NCBI GenBank assembly: GCA_963782055.1
Contig: CAWAIF010000003.1
Span: forward strand, 384,001 to 448,000
Source: an uncultured delta proteobacterium
GTDB lineage: Bacteria > Myxococcota_A > Polyangia > Polyangiales > Polyangiaceae
DNA: 64,000 nt
Direction of reading: 5' to 3'
Position 1 is the stretch's first letter; each line of letters begins with the position of its first letter. A program made the position numbers and the translations under genes. Below, one piece after another: positions 33,765 to 42,748 of the stretch. Below the pieces are notes generated by a model. That model had not been told where the DNA came from. It was given only the letters and a program-made list of their open reading frames with translations, and did no database searches.

Positions 33765-35732
33765 ATGGCCAAGCAGAACCTCGGCAGCGTCAACGGCAAG
33801 GTAGGGACCGTCCTTCTGGATCAGGGGCTCCTGTCTCCGGAGCAGCTGGAGAAGGCCATGTCCGCGGCGGCCTCGGCGCAGCAGCGCCTCGAGGACGTGG
33901 TGATGGACCTCGGCATGGCGACCGAGGCGGACATGCTCAAGGCGCTCGCCGCGCACCACCGGACGCGCTTCGTCTCCGCCGAGCGCCTCGCCAAGGCGGA
34001 CATCACTCGCGCCACGCTGGAGCTGGTGCCGCGCCAGGTCGCCGAGACCTTCCAGATCTTCCCGGTGATGTTCGACCCGGCGGCCCGCGCGCTCTCGGTG
34101 GTCACCGCCGACCCGGACGACGCCGAGGTGATCCGGCAGATCCAGATCACCAGCGGCGCGAAGGACGTGAAGGCCTTCGTCGCGCGGCCCGCGGCGGTGC
34201 GGGCGGCGATCGCCAAGTGCTACGGCGGCGACATCCACGCCTTCGCCCTGCTCGACCGCGCCGCGCACGCGCAGTTCTCCGCGATGCTCGACGTCTACCA
34301 GCGCAACGTCGTCTCCGAGACGTCGATGGCGACATCGCTCGCGCGGGAGGGCCTCTCCTCCGGCCGCGAGCGCGTGCTCTCCGAGCGGGACATGGCCAGC
34401 GCGCAGAAGCGCGGCGGGTCCACCCTCGGCGGCAAGGTCAGCTACTCCAGCGAGGAGCTGCTCGAGCTGCTCAACGTGCTCGTCAGCCTGCTCGAGAACT
34501 CGCGTCCGGACCTGCGCGGCCACTCCGCGCAGGTCGCGCGGCTCACGCGCCGCATGCTGGAGCGCATCAACGTCGCCGCGCCCACCCTCGCCGCCGTCGT
34601 CGCCGCCGCGTTCCTGCACGACATCGGCAAGCACGGCAGCTACCACCTGACCGCCCTCAACGCGAGCGAGTACGATGGCCACAAGCTCGCCGCGCACAAG
34701 GCGGTGAGCACGCCCGGCCGGGTGATGGAGTCGGTGCACCTGCCGCACGAGACGCTGGAGTCCGTCGAGCACATGTACGAGCGCTACGACGGCGAGGGCT
34801 TCCCCGACGGCGCCTCCGGCAAGGACATTCCGCTCGGCGCGCGCGTGCTCGCCATCACCGACACCTACGCCGACCTCACGCAGAACCCGCGCAACCCCTA
34901 CCGCAAGACGCTGATGCCCGGCGAGGCGTGCGGCGTGCTCGCCAAGTACAAGGAGACGGTCTTCGACCCGCACCTGGTCGACCTCTTCAAGAACATGGTG
35001 ATGGGCGAGGACCTGCGCGCGCGGCTGCTCGCCAACCGCTACTTCGCGCTGCTGGTGGACCCCGACCCGGAGGAGACCACCGTCCTCGAGCTGCGCATGA
35101 TCGAGCAAGGCTTCGAGGTGAAGACCGCACGCACCGCGGAGCAGGCGCTCAAGGTGCTGGCGGCCGGCGACATCGACGTGGTCGTGAGCGAGGTGGAGCT
35201 CCCGCAGGCCGACGGCCTCGCCCTGCTGACCGAGGCGCGCAAGCAGCCGTGGGGCAAGGAGCTGCCGTGGGTCATCCACTCGCGCCGGCAAGGCCGCGTG
35301 GAGGCGCAGAAGGCGTTCGAGCTGGGGGTCGCCGACTATGTCGCGAAGCCCGCGCCGACCGACGTCTTCGTCGCCAAGCTCAAGTCGATGCTCGACCAGC
35401 GCACGGCGCGCACCGGCCCGCGCGGGGTCTCCGGGTCGCTCAAGGAGATGGGTCTACCCGAGCTGGTGCAGGTGCTCTTCCACGGCCGCAAGACGGGTCG
35501 CCTCCGCATCCGGGCCGGGAGCAACGCCGGGGAGATCCACTTCAAGGACGGGCAGATCGTCAACGCCCTCTACGACAAGATCCGCGGCGTGGACGCCTTC
35601 TACATGATGATCAAGCTGGAGGACGGCGAGTTCGGGCTGGACCCGTCCTTCGTGCCGGACGCGCGCGTCATCCAGGAGTCGCCGGAGGCCCTCCTGCTGG
35701 AGGGCATGCGCCGCCTGGACGAGGGCGTCTAG
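33765..35732 (+). CDS. MshEN/T2SSE_N - HD-GYP - REC - DUF4388 signalling protein
   Basis: VGTVLLDQGLLSPEQL; HDIGK...ERYDGEGFPDG...IPLGAR; receiver-like domain; GSLKEMGLPELVQ...LLLEGMRRLDE. Confidence 0.85.
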   Translation: MAKQNLGSVNGKVGTVLLDQGLLSPEQLEKAMSAAASAQQRLEDVVMDLGMATEADMLKALAAHHRTRFVSAERLAKADITRATLELVPRQVAETFQIFPVMFDPAARALSVVTADPDDAEVIRQIQITSGAKDVKAFVARPAAVRAAIAKCYGGDIHAFALLDRAAHAQFSAMLDVYQRNVVSETSMATSLAREGLSSGRERVLSERDMASAQKRGGSTLGGKVSYSSEELLELLNVLVSLLENSRPDLRGHSAQVARLTRRMLERINVAAPTLAAVVAAAFLHDIGKHGSYHLTALNASEYDGHKLAAHKAVSTPGRVMESVHLPHETLESVEHMYERYDGEGFPDGASGKDIPLGARVLAITDTYADLTQNPRNPYRKTLMPGEACGVLAKYKETVFDPHLVDLFKNMVMGEDLRARLLANRYFALLVDPDPEETTVLELRMIEQGFEVKTARTAEQALKVLAAGDIDVVVSEVELPQADGLALLTEARKQPWGKELPWVIHSRRQGRVEAQKAFELGVADYVAKPAPTDVFVAKLKSMLDQRTARTGPRGVSGSLKEMGLPELVQVLFHGRKTGRLRIRAGSNAGEIHFKDGQIVNALYDKIRGVDAFYMMIKLEDGEFGLDPSFVPDARVIQESPEALLLEGMRRLDEGV

Positions 35733-35847
35733 GTCCGCGGTCCAGTGCACGACCGCGCGCTCGTGCGCCTCCGTGCGCGCGACACGTGACGTGCTCATGT
35801 GCGTTCCGGATAGAAGGCGAGGTGGGCAAGCGGGACGCGCGAGGCCC

Positions 35848-36438
35848 TCACGAGCCGGCGGCCAGCAGTGCGTGGCGCAGCTCCTGCTCGCGCCGCTCCC
35901 GGTGCCACCGCGCGCGGCGCCGGCGGTCATGATCCCGTGAAACCCAGACCCCGTACTCGGCACGCCGGTCCAGCGTCGCCTCGTCGCCGAATCCGAGCCG
36001 GATGCGCATGCAGAGCGCCTCGAGGTGTCTGCGCGCGCTGGCGCACCGCCGCGGGTCGGGCCAGCGCCGCTCGCCCGGCGCAAGCGCGCCGTCCAGCGCG
36101 AGCCCCACGTGCCCCACGAGCACGAGCCCGTAGTACGCCCGCCGGATGCGCCGACGCCCCTCGGGCGTGAGCGCGACGATGACCTCGCGCCCGTCACGCC
36201 GCCGGGTGACGAGCCCGATCGTCTCGAGCGACCGCATCATCTCGCTGATGGTGGCCCGCGCCACGCCGAGCCCGCGCCGCAGGTCGCTCTGGAAGTGTGC
36301 GCACCCCGTCCCGAGCCGGTAGAGCGCATCGAGCACGTCGAACCGAGCCGCCGTCAGCCCCATCGCCCGGAGCGCCCGCCGCGTCAGCCGCAGCGTCGCG
36401 TAATACGCCCGCTTGATCGTGAAGAACACAGGATCCAT
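35848..36438 (-). CDS. MarR-family winged-helix regulator
   Basis: GLTAARFDVL, LGVARATISEMMRSLETIGLVTRR, ALTPEGR. Confidence 0.75.
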   Translation of the reverse strand: MDPVFFTIKRAYYATLRLTRRALRAMGLTAARFDVLDALYRLGTGCAHFQSDLRRGLGVARATISEMMRSLETIGLVTRRRDGREVIVALTPEGRRRIRRAYYGLVLVGHVGLALDGALAPGERRWPDPRRCASARRHLEALCMRIRLGFGDEATLDRRAEYGVWVSRDHDRRRRARWHRERREQELRHALLAAGS

Positions 36439-36496
36439 CCCCGCCCCCCAAGCACCCCCCATGCCACCCCCCCTCCCCCACCGATTCCCGCGGAAA

Positions 36497-36528
36497 CGTC
36501 GGAGTGCAAGGACCCTTGCACTTCGACG
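36497..36528. promoter_or_regulatory. 15-bp inverted repeat, candidate operator
   Basis: CGTCGGAGTGCAAGG-AC-CCTTGCACTTCGACG (one mismatch), 59-90 bp upstream of the MarR start. Confidence 0.55.
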
Positions 36529-36610
36529 GTTGGTGTCCGGGGACGGGAGGGGGGACAGGGGGGACAGGAGGCGGGCGAGCGCTTCGGGCGGGGCGCTGCG
36601 GATGACGTCC

Positions 36611-36648
36611 AAAGAGCACGAGGACGCGCACCTGCGCGCCTCGCGCTC
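36611..36648 (-). terminator. putative intrinsic terminator of the OmpA gene
   Basis: GC-rich stem (GAGCACGAGGACGCGCA / TGCGCGCCTCGCGCTC) just after the stop at 36655, followed by TTT on the minus strand. Confidence 0.45.
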
Positions 36649-36654
36649 GGGCGG

Positions 36655-38700
36655 CTACTGCACCGGGTCCGGGTTGACGCCGTGGGCGCGGGCGTTCTGG
36701 CAGCCGAGCTCCACGCCCGTCGGGCCGTCCTTGGTCTTGACGACCTTGAACTCGACGCGACGGTTCGTCTCCCAGGCCTTCGGGTTGTGGCCCGGGTCGG
36801 CCGGGCAGTACTCGCCGTAGCCCTTGCTGCGCAGCCGGTCGCGCGGCACCCCGCGCGAGACGAGCGCGGAGACCACCGAGTCGACGCGGTCCTGCGTCAG
36901 CTTCAGGTTGTAGGAGTCGGAGGCGCGCTCGTCGGCGTGGCCCGCCACCTCGATGAGGGTGAACTGCGGGTTGTGCAGCAGCGTCGTCGCCACCGCGTCG
37001 AGGATGGCGTTGGACTCGGGCAGGATCTCCGCAGAAGCCGTCTTGAACTGGATCTTCTGCAGGATCATGATGTCGTTGCCCTCGATGATGACGCTGCCCT
37101 TGTCCGGGCAGCCGTCATCGTCCTCGAAGTTGTTGAAGGTCTCCTTCGTGTCCTTGTTCGCCTGCACGTCGGCGTCGGTGCCAGGGCACTTGTCCTTGGT
37201 GTCGGGGATGCCGTCGCGGTCGTTGTCCGGGTCGGGGCAGCCGTCGGTGTCCTCGAAGCCGTCCTTGTCCTCCGGATCGTTCGGGCAGAGGTCCTTCTTG
37301 TCCGGGATGCCGTCCTGATCGTTGTCCGGGTCGGGGCAGCCGTCGGTGTCCTGGAAGCCGTCGCGGTCCTCCGGGATGTCCGGGCACTTGTCGCGCGAGT
37401 CGAGGATGCCGTCACCGTCGCGGTCGCCGTCGGTGCTGGAGGGGCAGCCGTCCGTCTCCTTGGGACCCGGGACGTTCGGGCAGCGGTCGTCGACGTCCAG
37501 AACGCCGTCGTTGTCGTTGTCCGGGTCGGGGCAGCCGTCCTCGTCCTTGTAGCCATCGAAGTCCTCCGGCTGGTCCGGACACTGGTCGACGTCGTCCTTG
37601 TAGCCGTCGCCGTCGCGGTCGCCGATCGATGGCTCGAAGATGAAGCCGACGAAGCCGCGCATGTCGGCGCCGTCGTAGCCGGGGGTGTAGCGCGTGCCGC
37701 CGCCGAGCATGAAGTAGCTCGCGCGGTCGACGAAGAGCTTGATGCCGGCGGTCGCCTCGCCGGAGAGGGCGAGGTCGGCGTCGGTCTTGCCGGCGACCTG
37801 GTAGCCACCGTAGGTGTCGAAGACCAGGTCGAGCACGTCGGTCGCGCGGTACGAGACGCCCAGACCGTAGGTGAGCATGTCACCGTCGGTGAGCGTCGAC
37901 TGCTTGCCGGAGTGATCGAACATGCGCGCGTCCATGTCGGTGATCGTCGTCCCGCTCAGCGGGTGCGCGCGGAAGCCCGCGTTGAGCGCGAGCTTGAGCT
38001 TGCCGGTGGCGCCGAAGCGCTTCTCGCCGATGAGGATCGGCCACACGAAGCCGCCGGGATCGGCGCCGGCGTAGCGGGGCGCGTCGGTCACCTGGAAGCC
38101 GCCCTGCAGCGCGAGGGCGAGGCCGAAGCCCTTCTCCACCCGCAGGATGCGCCACTTGGCGTGCAGGCCGATGAACTCCAGGTTCTGCGAGTCGAGGCTG
38201 TTGGTCCCCCACGCCGGCGAGCCGCTGGGGAGCACGATGCTCGGCTGCGGCGGGTTGCCGATGGACTGCCGGTCGCCGGCCATCAGGATGACCGGCAGGT
38301 CCACGCCGACGACGACGTGGTTGAAGAGGCCCAGGTTGGCGGAGAAGGTGCCCTGGAAGGAGTGCGAGATGATGTGGTTGGTGCGGCCCGCCGCCGTGTC
38401 GCCGTCCAGGCGCAGGATGGATCGGCCATAGTCGACGACCAGGCCCAGGCTGAAGTCCAGGTGGCCGAGGATGTCGGAGCCGTTGGTGGCGAAGAAGCCC
38501 TTGGAGTCCAGCGCGGGGCGGAAGAGGTGGGTGTCGAGGCCGACGCCGTTCGCTTCCGGGATGGTGGAGCCGCCGGCCAGGCTGGTGCCTTCGGTCGCGC
38601 ACACCCCCGCGGCGAGCGCGGCGAGCGCGACAGCGTGGCGTTTCCACGCGCCGCGGCGGCGCGGCGACTTCGGGTCGACAGAAGACGAGGACGCTCTCAT
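36655..38700 (-). CDS. OmpA family protein with N-terminal beta-barrel and thrombospondin type-3 repeats
   Basis: Repeated DGCPDPDNDxDG; C-terminal IQFKTASAEI, GHADER, GYGE, NRRVEF. Confidence 0.92.
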   Translation of the reverse strand: MRASSSSVDPKSPRRRGAWKRHAVALAALAAGVCATEGTSLAGGSTIPEANGVGLDTHLFRPALDSKGFFATNGSDILGHLDFSLGLVVDYGRSILRLDGDTAAGRTNHIISHSFQGTFSANLGLFNHVVVGVDLPVILMAGDRQSIGNPPQPSIVLPSGSPAWGTNSLDSQNLEFIGLHAKWRILRVEKGFGLALALQGGFQVTDAPRYAGADPGGFVWPILIGEKRFGATGKLKLALNAGFRAHPLSGTTITDMDARMFDHSGKQSTLTDGDMLTYGLGVSYRATDVLDLVFDTYGGYQVAGKTDADLALSGEATAGIKLFVDRASYFMLGGGTRYTPGYDGADMRGFVGFIFEPSIGDRDGDGYKDDVDQCPDQPEDFDGYKDEDGCPDPDNDNDGVLDVDDRCPNVPGPKETDGCPSSTDGDRDGDGILDSRDKCPDIPEDRDGFQDTDGCPDPDNDQDGIPDKKDLCPNDPEDKDGFEDTDGCPDPDNDRDGIPDTKDKCPGTDADVQANKDTKETFNNFEDDDGCPDKGSVIIEGNDIMILQKIQFKTASAEILPESNAILDAVATTLLHNPQFTLIEVAGHADERASDSYNLKLTQDRVDSVVSALVSRGVPRDRLRSKGYGEYCPADPGHNPKAWETNRRVEFKVVKTKDGPTGVELGCQNARAHGVNPDPVQ

Positions 38701-38942
38701 CACCCCGGTACCTCCCTGAAATTCGAGTCCGAGCCGGTGGCTCGGCCGACGAACGTGACCGACCGAGGCCGTGGGCCGACGGGAAGGTCGTGAAAAGCGG
38801 CGCAACGCTAACACACCAAGCCCAAAATTAGGCAAATGCTGCGAGAACGGGGGCCAGGTCCCACCCGCCTCCGGACCGGCGGGCGCCTCCGTCCCCGCGT
38901 TTCGGTTTCAGCCGCCCCTTCTGCTACCCTCCCCGCGTACTG

Positions 38943-40526
38943 GTGCTCGCGCGTCGACTCGCCTCAGCCATCCTTCTCCTCGCGCTGCTCGTCGTGGCGC
39001 GGGCGGCCCGGGCCGACTCGCCGTACGACGGCAAGTGGAAGCAGGGCCCGCTCAAGGAGAACTTCTCCGTCGTGCAGTGGCTGGCCGGCTGTGGCCCGGC
39101 GCCCGTCACCGGCTCCACCGGCGGCGGGGAGATGGTCACCATCCACAAGGAGGGCGACGAGCTCTCCTTCATCGGGGGCGGACGCGTCTACAAGTCCAAC
39201 CAGTGCTACGACCCGATGCCGACCCTCTCGCGGGAGTCGCACTCGCGTGACCCCTCCGGCAAGCAGTGGCGGACGCGCTGCACCACACCCCCGGGCGACC
39301 CGCGCCGCGCCACGATGAACACGCTGGTCGCGGTGACGACCCCGACCCACATCGACATGCTGGAGACGGGTCGCTACGAGATCACGCTCGCGCAGGGCAA
39401 GTGCATCGCCGACGTGAAGCGCTCGCGCGGCTACGATCTGGTCCAGGCGGACACCCCGGTCGCCACCACGCCGCCGCCGGTGGCGACGCCGACGCAGACC
39501 GCGGTGGCACCGCCCAAGGGCGTGGATTGCAGCCAGCCGGGTGACCCGGCGAGCCTCGCCGTGCGTCCGTCGCGCAAGCTGCTGAAGACGGGGGAGTCCT
39601 TCGCCTTCCGCGCGACCGTCGTCGACGCGAAGGGGTGCGCCACGCGCACGCCCGTCACCTGGAGCAGCGGCGACACCTCCAGGAAGGTCACCGTCGACGA
39701 TCACGGCAACGTCACCGTCGCCGCCGACGCGCCGGAGGGGACGGTGGACGTCACCGCCACCGCCGCCGGCAAGAGCGCGAAGGTCTCGGTCGAGGTGTCG
39801 TCGCCCGCGCACTACGACGACCTGCTCGCGCAGTCCGGCCTCAACGCCGCCGGCGAGAGCGACAGCGCGTCCACCGTGGTGATCGCGTCCGGATCCATCG
39901 GCGGCGGCAGCGCGGAGTCGCACGACGGCTCCATGCGCCGCCGCCTGACCTTCATCGCCATCGTCGCCGTGGCCTCCGCGCTGCTCGCGCTGCTCGCCTT
40001 CTTCGGCTGGCGGCGGAGCAAGAAGGCGGCCGCGCTCGCGCGGGACGCGGAGGAGCGGCACCAGGAGCGCCTGCGCGACTACGAGGACCGCAAGCGCATG
40101 CGGGAGGAAGAGCACGCCGCGCAGACGCGCGCGCACGAGGAGAGCGTGAAGCGCGCGGAGGCGATCAAGGCGCAGCGCGCGGCGGCGCGATCGGGCGACC
40201 CCAACGCGATGGAGTGCCCCTCCTGCCGGCGCGAGTACCCGGCGGGCAGCCAGTTTTGCCCGCACGACGGCAGCAACCTGATCCATCGCGCCAAGGCCGG
40301 CGCGCCGCTCGGCAACGTGTGCCCGGTGTGCCGCCGTGGCTACGACTCGGCCACCAAGACCTGCCCGGCGGATGGCGAGGAGCTGGTGCCCTACGCGATG
40401 TTCGTGGCGACGGCTCAGCCCGCCCAGAAGACGCGGGGCAAGATCTGCCCGACGTGCGGCGGCCGCTTCGATGGCGACGCGGGCTTCTGCGGCAAGGATG
40501 GCACCGCCCTGGTCCTGCTGAACTGA
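38943..40526 (+). CDS. single-pass membrane protein with Ig-like ectodomain and three cytoplasmic zinc-ribbon motifs
   Basis: Signal peptide, Big_2-like VTWSS...VTVDDHG, TM helix, coiled coil, three CxxC-x10-CxxDG units. Confidence 0.75.
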   Translation: MLARRLASAILLLALLVVARAARADSPYDGKWKQGPLKENFSVVQWLAGCGPAPVTGSTGGGEMVTIHKEGDELSFIGGGRVYKSNQCYDPMPTLSRESHSRDPSGKQWRTRCTTPPGDPRRATMNTLVAVTTPTHIDMLETGRYEITLAQGKCIADVKRSRGYDLVQADTPVATTPPPVATPTQTAVAPPKGVDCSQPGDPASLAVRPSRKLLKTGESFAFRATVVDAKGCATRTPVTWSSGDTSRKVTVDDHGNVTVAADAPEGTVDVTATAAGKSAKVSVEVSSPAHYDDLLAQSGLNAAGESDSASTVVIASGSIGGGSAESHDGSMRRRLTFIAIVAVASALLALLAFFGWRRSKKAAALARDAEERHQERLRDYEDRKRMREEEHAAQTRAHEESVKRAEAIKAQRAAARSGDPNAMECPSCRREYPAGSQFCPHDGSNLIHRAKAGAPLGNVCPVCRRGYDSATKTCPADGEELVPYAMFVATAQPAQKTRGKICPTCGGRFDGDAGFCGKDGTALVLLN

Positions 40527-40710
40527 GCCCCGCGGCCGCTGGGATGTCACCGAGATCCAACGGGCGCCCTGGCCGTAATCCATGTACGCTGCACTTTGCC
40601 GGCCACGTCACCCAAGGCAGGGTGGGCCGTGCGGTTCGGAATCGAAGGGCGCTCACGTGGCTTGTTTTGCCTTTCCCCGTGGATGAGCCCGCCCTCCCCT
40701 TGACGCGAGC

Positions 40711-40740
40711 TTGATCGGGTCTGAACCCGGTCGCTATACT
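40711..40740 (+). promoter_or_regulatory. putative sigma70-type promoter
   Basis: TTGATC-N18-TATACT upstream of the 40809 start; GAAGGAA ribosome-binding-like sequence before ATG. Confidence 0.45.
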
Positions 40741-40808
40741 TTCTCAGTTGTCTCCGGGGACTGCCGCGGACCCACCATGCTCCAGAAGGCTCGAAGGAAA
40801 GATACGCG

Positions 40809-42593
40809 ATGAAGATCTCGTGCCAGTCGTGCCAGGCCAAGTACACCATCGCGGACGAGAAGGTCCTCGGGAAGATCGTCAAGATCCGCTGCAAGAAGTG
40901 TGGCGCGACGATCGTCATCAACGGCAACGAGCAAGAGGCCGCCACCGCCGCGTTCGACCCGAACGCCGGCGCCGCCGCGCAGAGCCCGGTGTACGACTAC
41001 GCCGCCCAGGGCGGCGGGGAGCCGTGGACGGTCAACGTCACCGACGGCGATCAGCGCACCATGACCACCGCCGACATCGCGGCGGCCTACCGCTCGGGCG
41101 TCGTCGTCGACGACACCTATTGCTGGAAGGACGGCATGGGGGACTGGCTGCCGCTCCGCGACATCCCGGAGCTGTACACGGCGTGCGCCGCCGGCCCGCA
41201 GCCCACGATGAACCCCGACATGGGCGGCGGTTACGACCAGCAGCAGCCCGCGTACGACCAGCAGCCGCGGCAGCCGGCGTACGACCAGCAGCAGTACGAG
41301 CACGAGGGGGACGATCAGCCCACGCAGGCGGCCTTCAGCTCCCTCTTCGGTAACGGGCAGGAGCAGCAGCAGCCGGACACCAACGGCGCCTCGCTCTTCG
41401 GTGGGGCCGCCGCGGCGGCGGTCGCCTCTCCCGCGCCGGCGGCTGCCCGTCGTTCGGGTGGCCGCGGCGGGGCGGACCTCTTCAGCGGCGCCGCGCAGGC
41501 CGGCAGCGAGGAGGACCAGGTGATGACCAGCGCCTCGGCGTCGCCGCAGATGGCGCCCGGGGGCGATCGCATGACCGGCCAGCGCAACGAGAACAGCGTG
41601 CTCTTCTCGCTCTCCGCGCTCACCGCCAACGCCCCGCAGGAGGAGAAGCTCCCCACCGCGCAGGGCGAGGGCTCCGGCCTCATCGACATCCGCGCCCTCT
41701 CGCAGAGCATGGCGGCGGACGAGGGCGCCGGCGGCAAGCACGTCGACGACATCATGAACCTCGGCGGCGGCGGGGCCTTCAGCGCAGCGCTCGCCGCGCC
41801 CGTGCTCGCACCTCCGCCCGCGGATCTCGGCGACCTCAGCGCCCAGGGCGGCGGCAAGAAGAGCAACACCGGCCTCATCGTCGGCATCATCGGTGGCCTC
41901 GGGCTCCTCGGGATCATCGTCGCCGGCGGCCTCTACCTGGCCCTGCACGGCAGCTCCAGCGCCACGACCGATCCCGCCAGCAGCGTGGCCACGGCGACGG
42001 CCGCGCCCACCGAGACGACGACGGCGACGGCCACCGCCCCCGCGACGAGCGTCGCCGCAGCGGACACCAGCGACCAGGCCAAGCCGCCGGACGTGGGCAC
42101 CACCACCGGCGACGCGAAGGAGCCGACGCACACCACCACCACCCACACCACGACGGCGCACACGGGCGGCGGGACGACGCACACCGGCGGCACCACCACG
42201 ACCACGACCACGCACACGAGCGGCTGCGCGGCGGGCGACTTCCAGTGCGAGATGGCGAAGGCCGCCGGCGCGAAGGGCGGCGGCACCACGCACAGCGGCG
42301 GCGGCGGCGGCGGTGGCGGGACGGCGCCGTTCAACATCGGCGCGGCGGCGGGCTCTCTCGGCGGCATCTCGTCGAGCGTCGGTTCGTGCAAGCGCTCCGG
42401 CGGCCCGACGGGTCCCGGTCGCGTGGAAGTCACCTTCCAGCCGAGCGGCCGCGTGTCCACGGTGTCCTTCATCCAGGGCCCTTACAACGGCACCTCGGTG
42501 GGTGGCTGCATCCTCGGCAAGTTCCGCGGCGCGCACGTCCCGCCGTTCTCCGGCGGCCCCACGCCGGTCAAGAAGAGCTTCGTCGTCAACTGA
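40809..42593 (+). CDS. AgmX/GltJ-like protein (MJ0042-type zinc ribbon, GYF_2, TM, Thr/Gly linker, TonB-C-like domain)
   Basis: MKISCQSCQAKY...IRCKKCG, CWKDGMGDWLPL, single TM, C-terminal VEVTFQPSGRV...VGGCI. Confidence 0.8.
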   Translation: MKISCQSCQAKYTIADEKVLGKIVKIRCKKCGATIVINGNEQEAATAAFDPNAGAAAQSPVYDYAAQGGGEPWTVNVTDGDQRTMTTADIAAAYRSGVVVDDTYCWKDGMGDWLPLRDIPELYTACAAGPQPTMNPDMGGGYDQQQPAYDQQPRQPAYDQQQYEHEGDDQPTQAAFSSLFGNGQEQQQPDTNGASLFGGAAAAAVASPAPAAARRSGGRGGADLFSGAAQAGSEEDQVMTSASASPQMAPGGDRMTGQRNENSVLFSLSALTANAPQEEKLPTAQGEGSGLIDIRALSQSMAADEGAGGKHVDDIMNLGGGGAFSAALAAPVLAPPPADLGDLSAQGGGKKSNTGLIVGIIGGLGLLGIIVAGGLYLALHGSSSATTDPASSVATATAAPTETTTATATAPATSVAAADTSDQAKPPDVGTTTGDAKEPTHTTTTHTTTAHTGGGTTHTGGTTTTTTTHTSGCAAGDFQCEMAKAAGAKGGGTTHSGGGGGGGGTAPFNIGAAAGSLGGISSSVGSCKRSGGPTGPGRVEVTFQPSGRVSTVSFIQGPYNGTSVGGCILGKFRGAHVPPFSGGPTPVKKSFVVN

Positions 42594-42748
42594 GGATGTC
42601 GAGGCGCTGAGTGAGCCCGATAGGCATCGCGCTCGCGCTCTTCGCCGCCTTCTTGCTCGGCGTGCGCGTCGGGTTCTCGCTCGCGCGCGCCTGGGGCGAC
42701 TCCGGCCGCAAAAGTGACCGCCGCCGCTCCTGAGCCTAGACTTCGCGT

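Noticed and set aside
37090..37625. Regularly spaced DNA repeats resembling a CRISPR array (also about 44340-44630)
   Set aside because: They are degenerate in-frame codon repeats for TSP3 DGCPD motifs; no unique spacers or cas genes.
36655..38700. Assignment as traB
   Set aside because: The architecture fits, but there is no adjacent traA-like gene and such OmpA-TSP3 paralogues are numerous in myxobacteria.
42120..42320. Low-complexity ACC/GGC repeats (and CCG runs at 18375-18455)
   Set aside because: They encode Thr/Gly and Pro linkers within ordinary genes.
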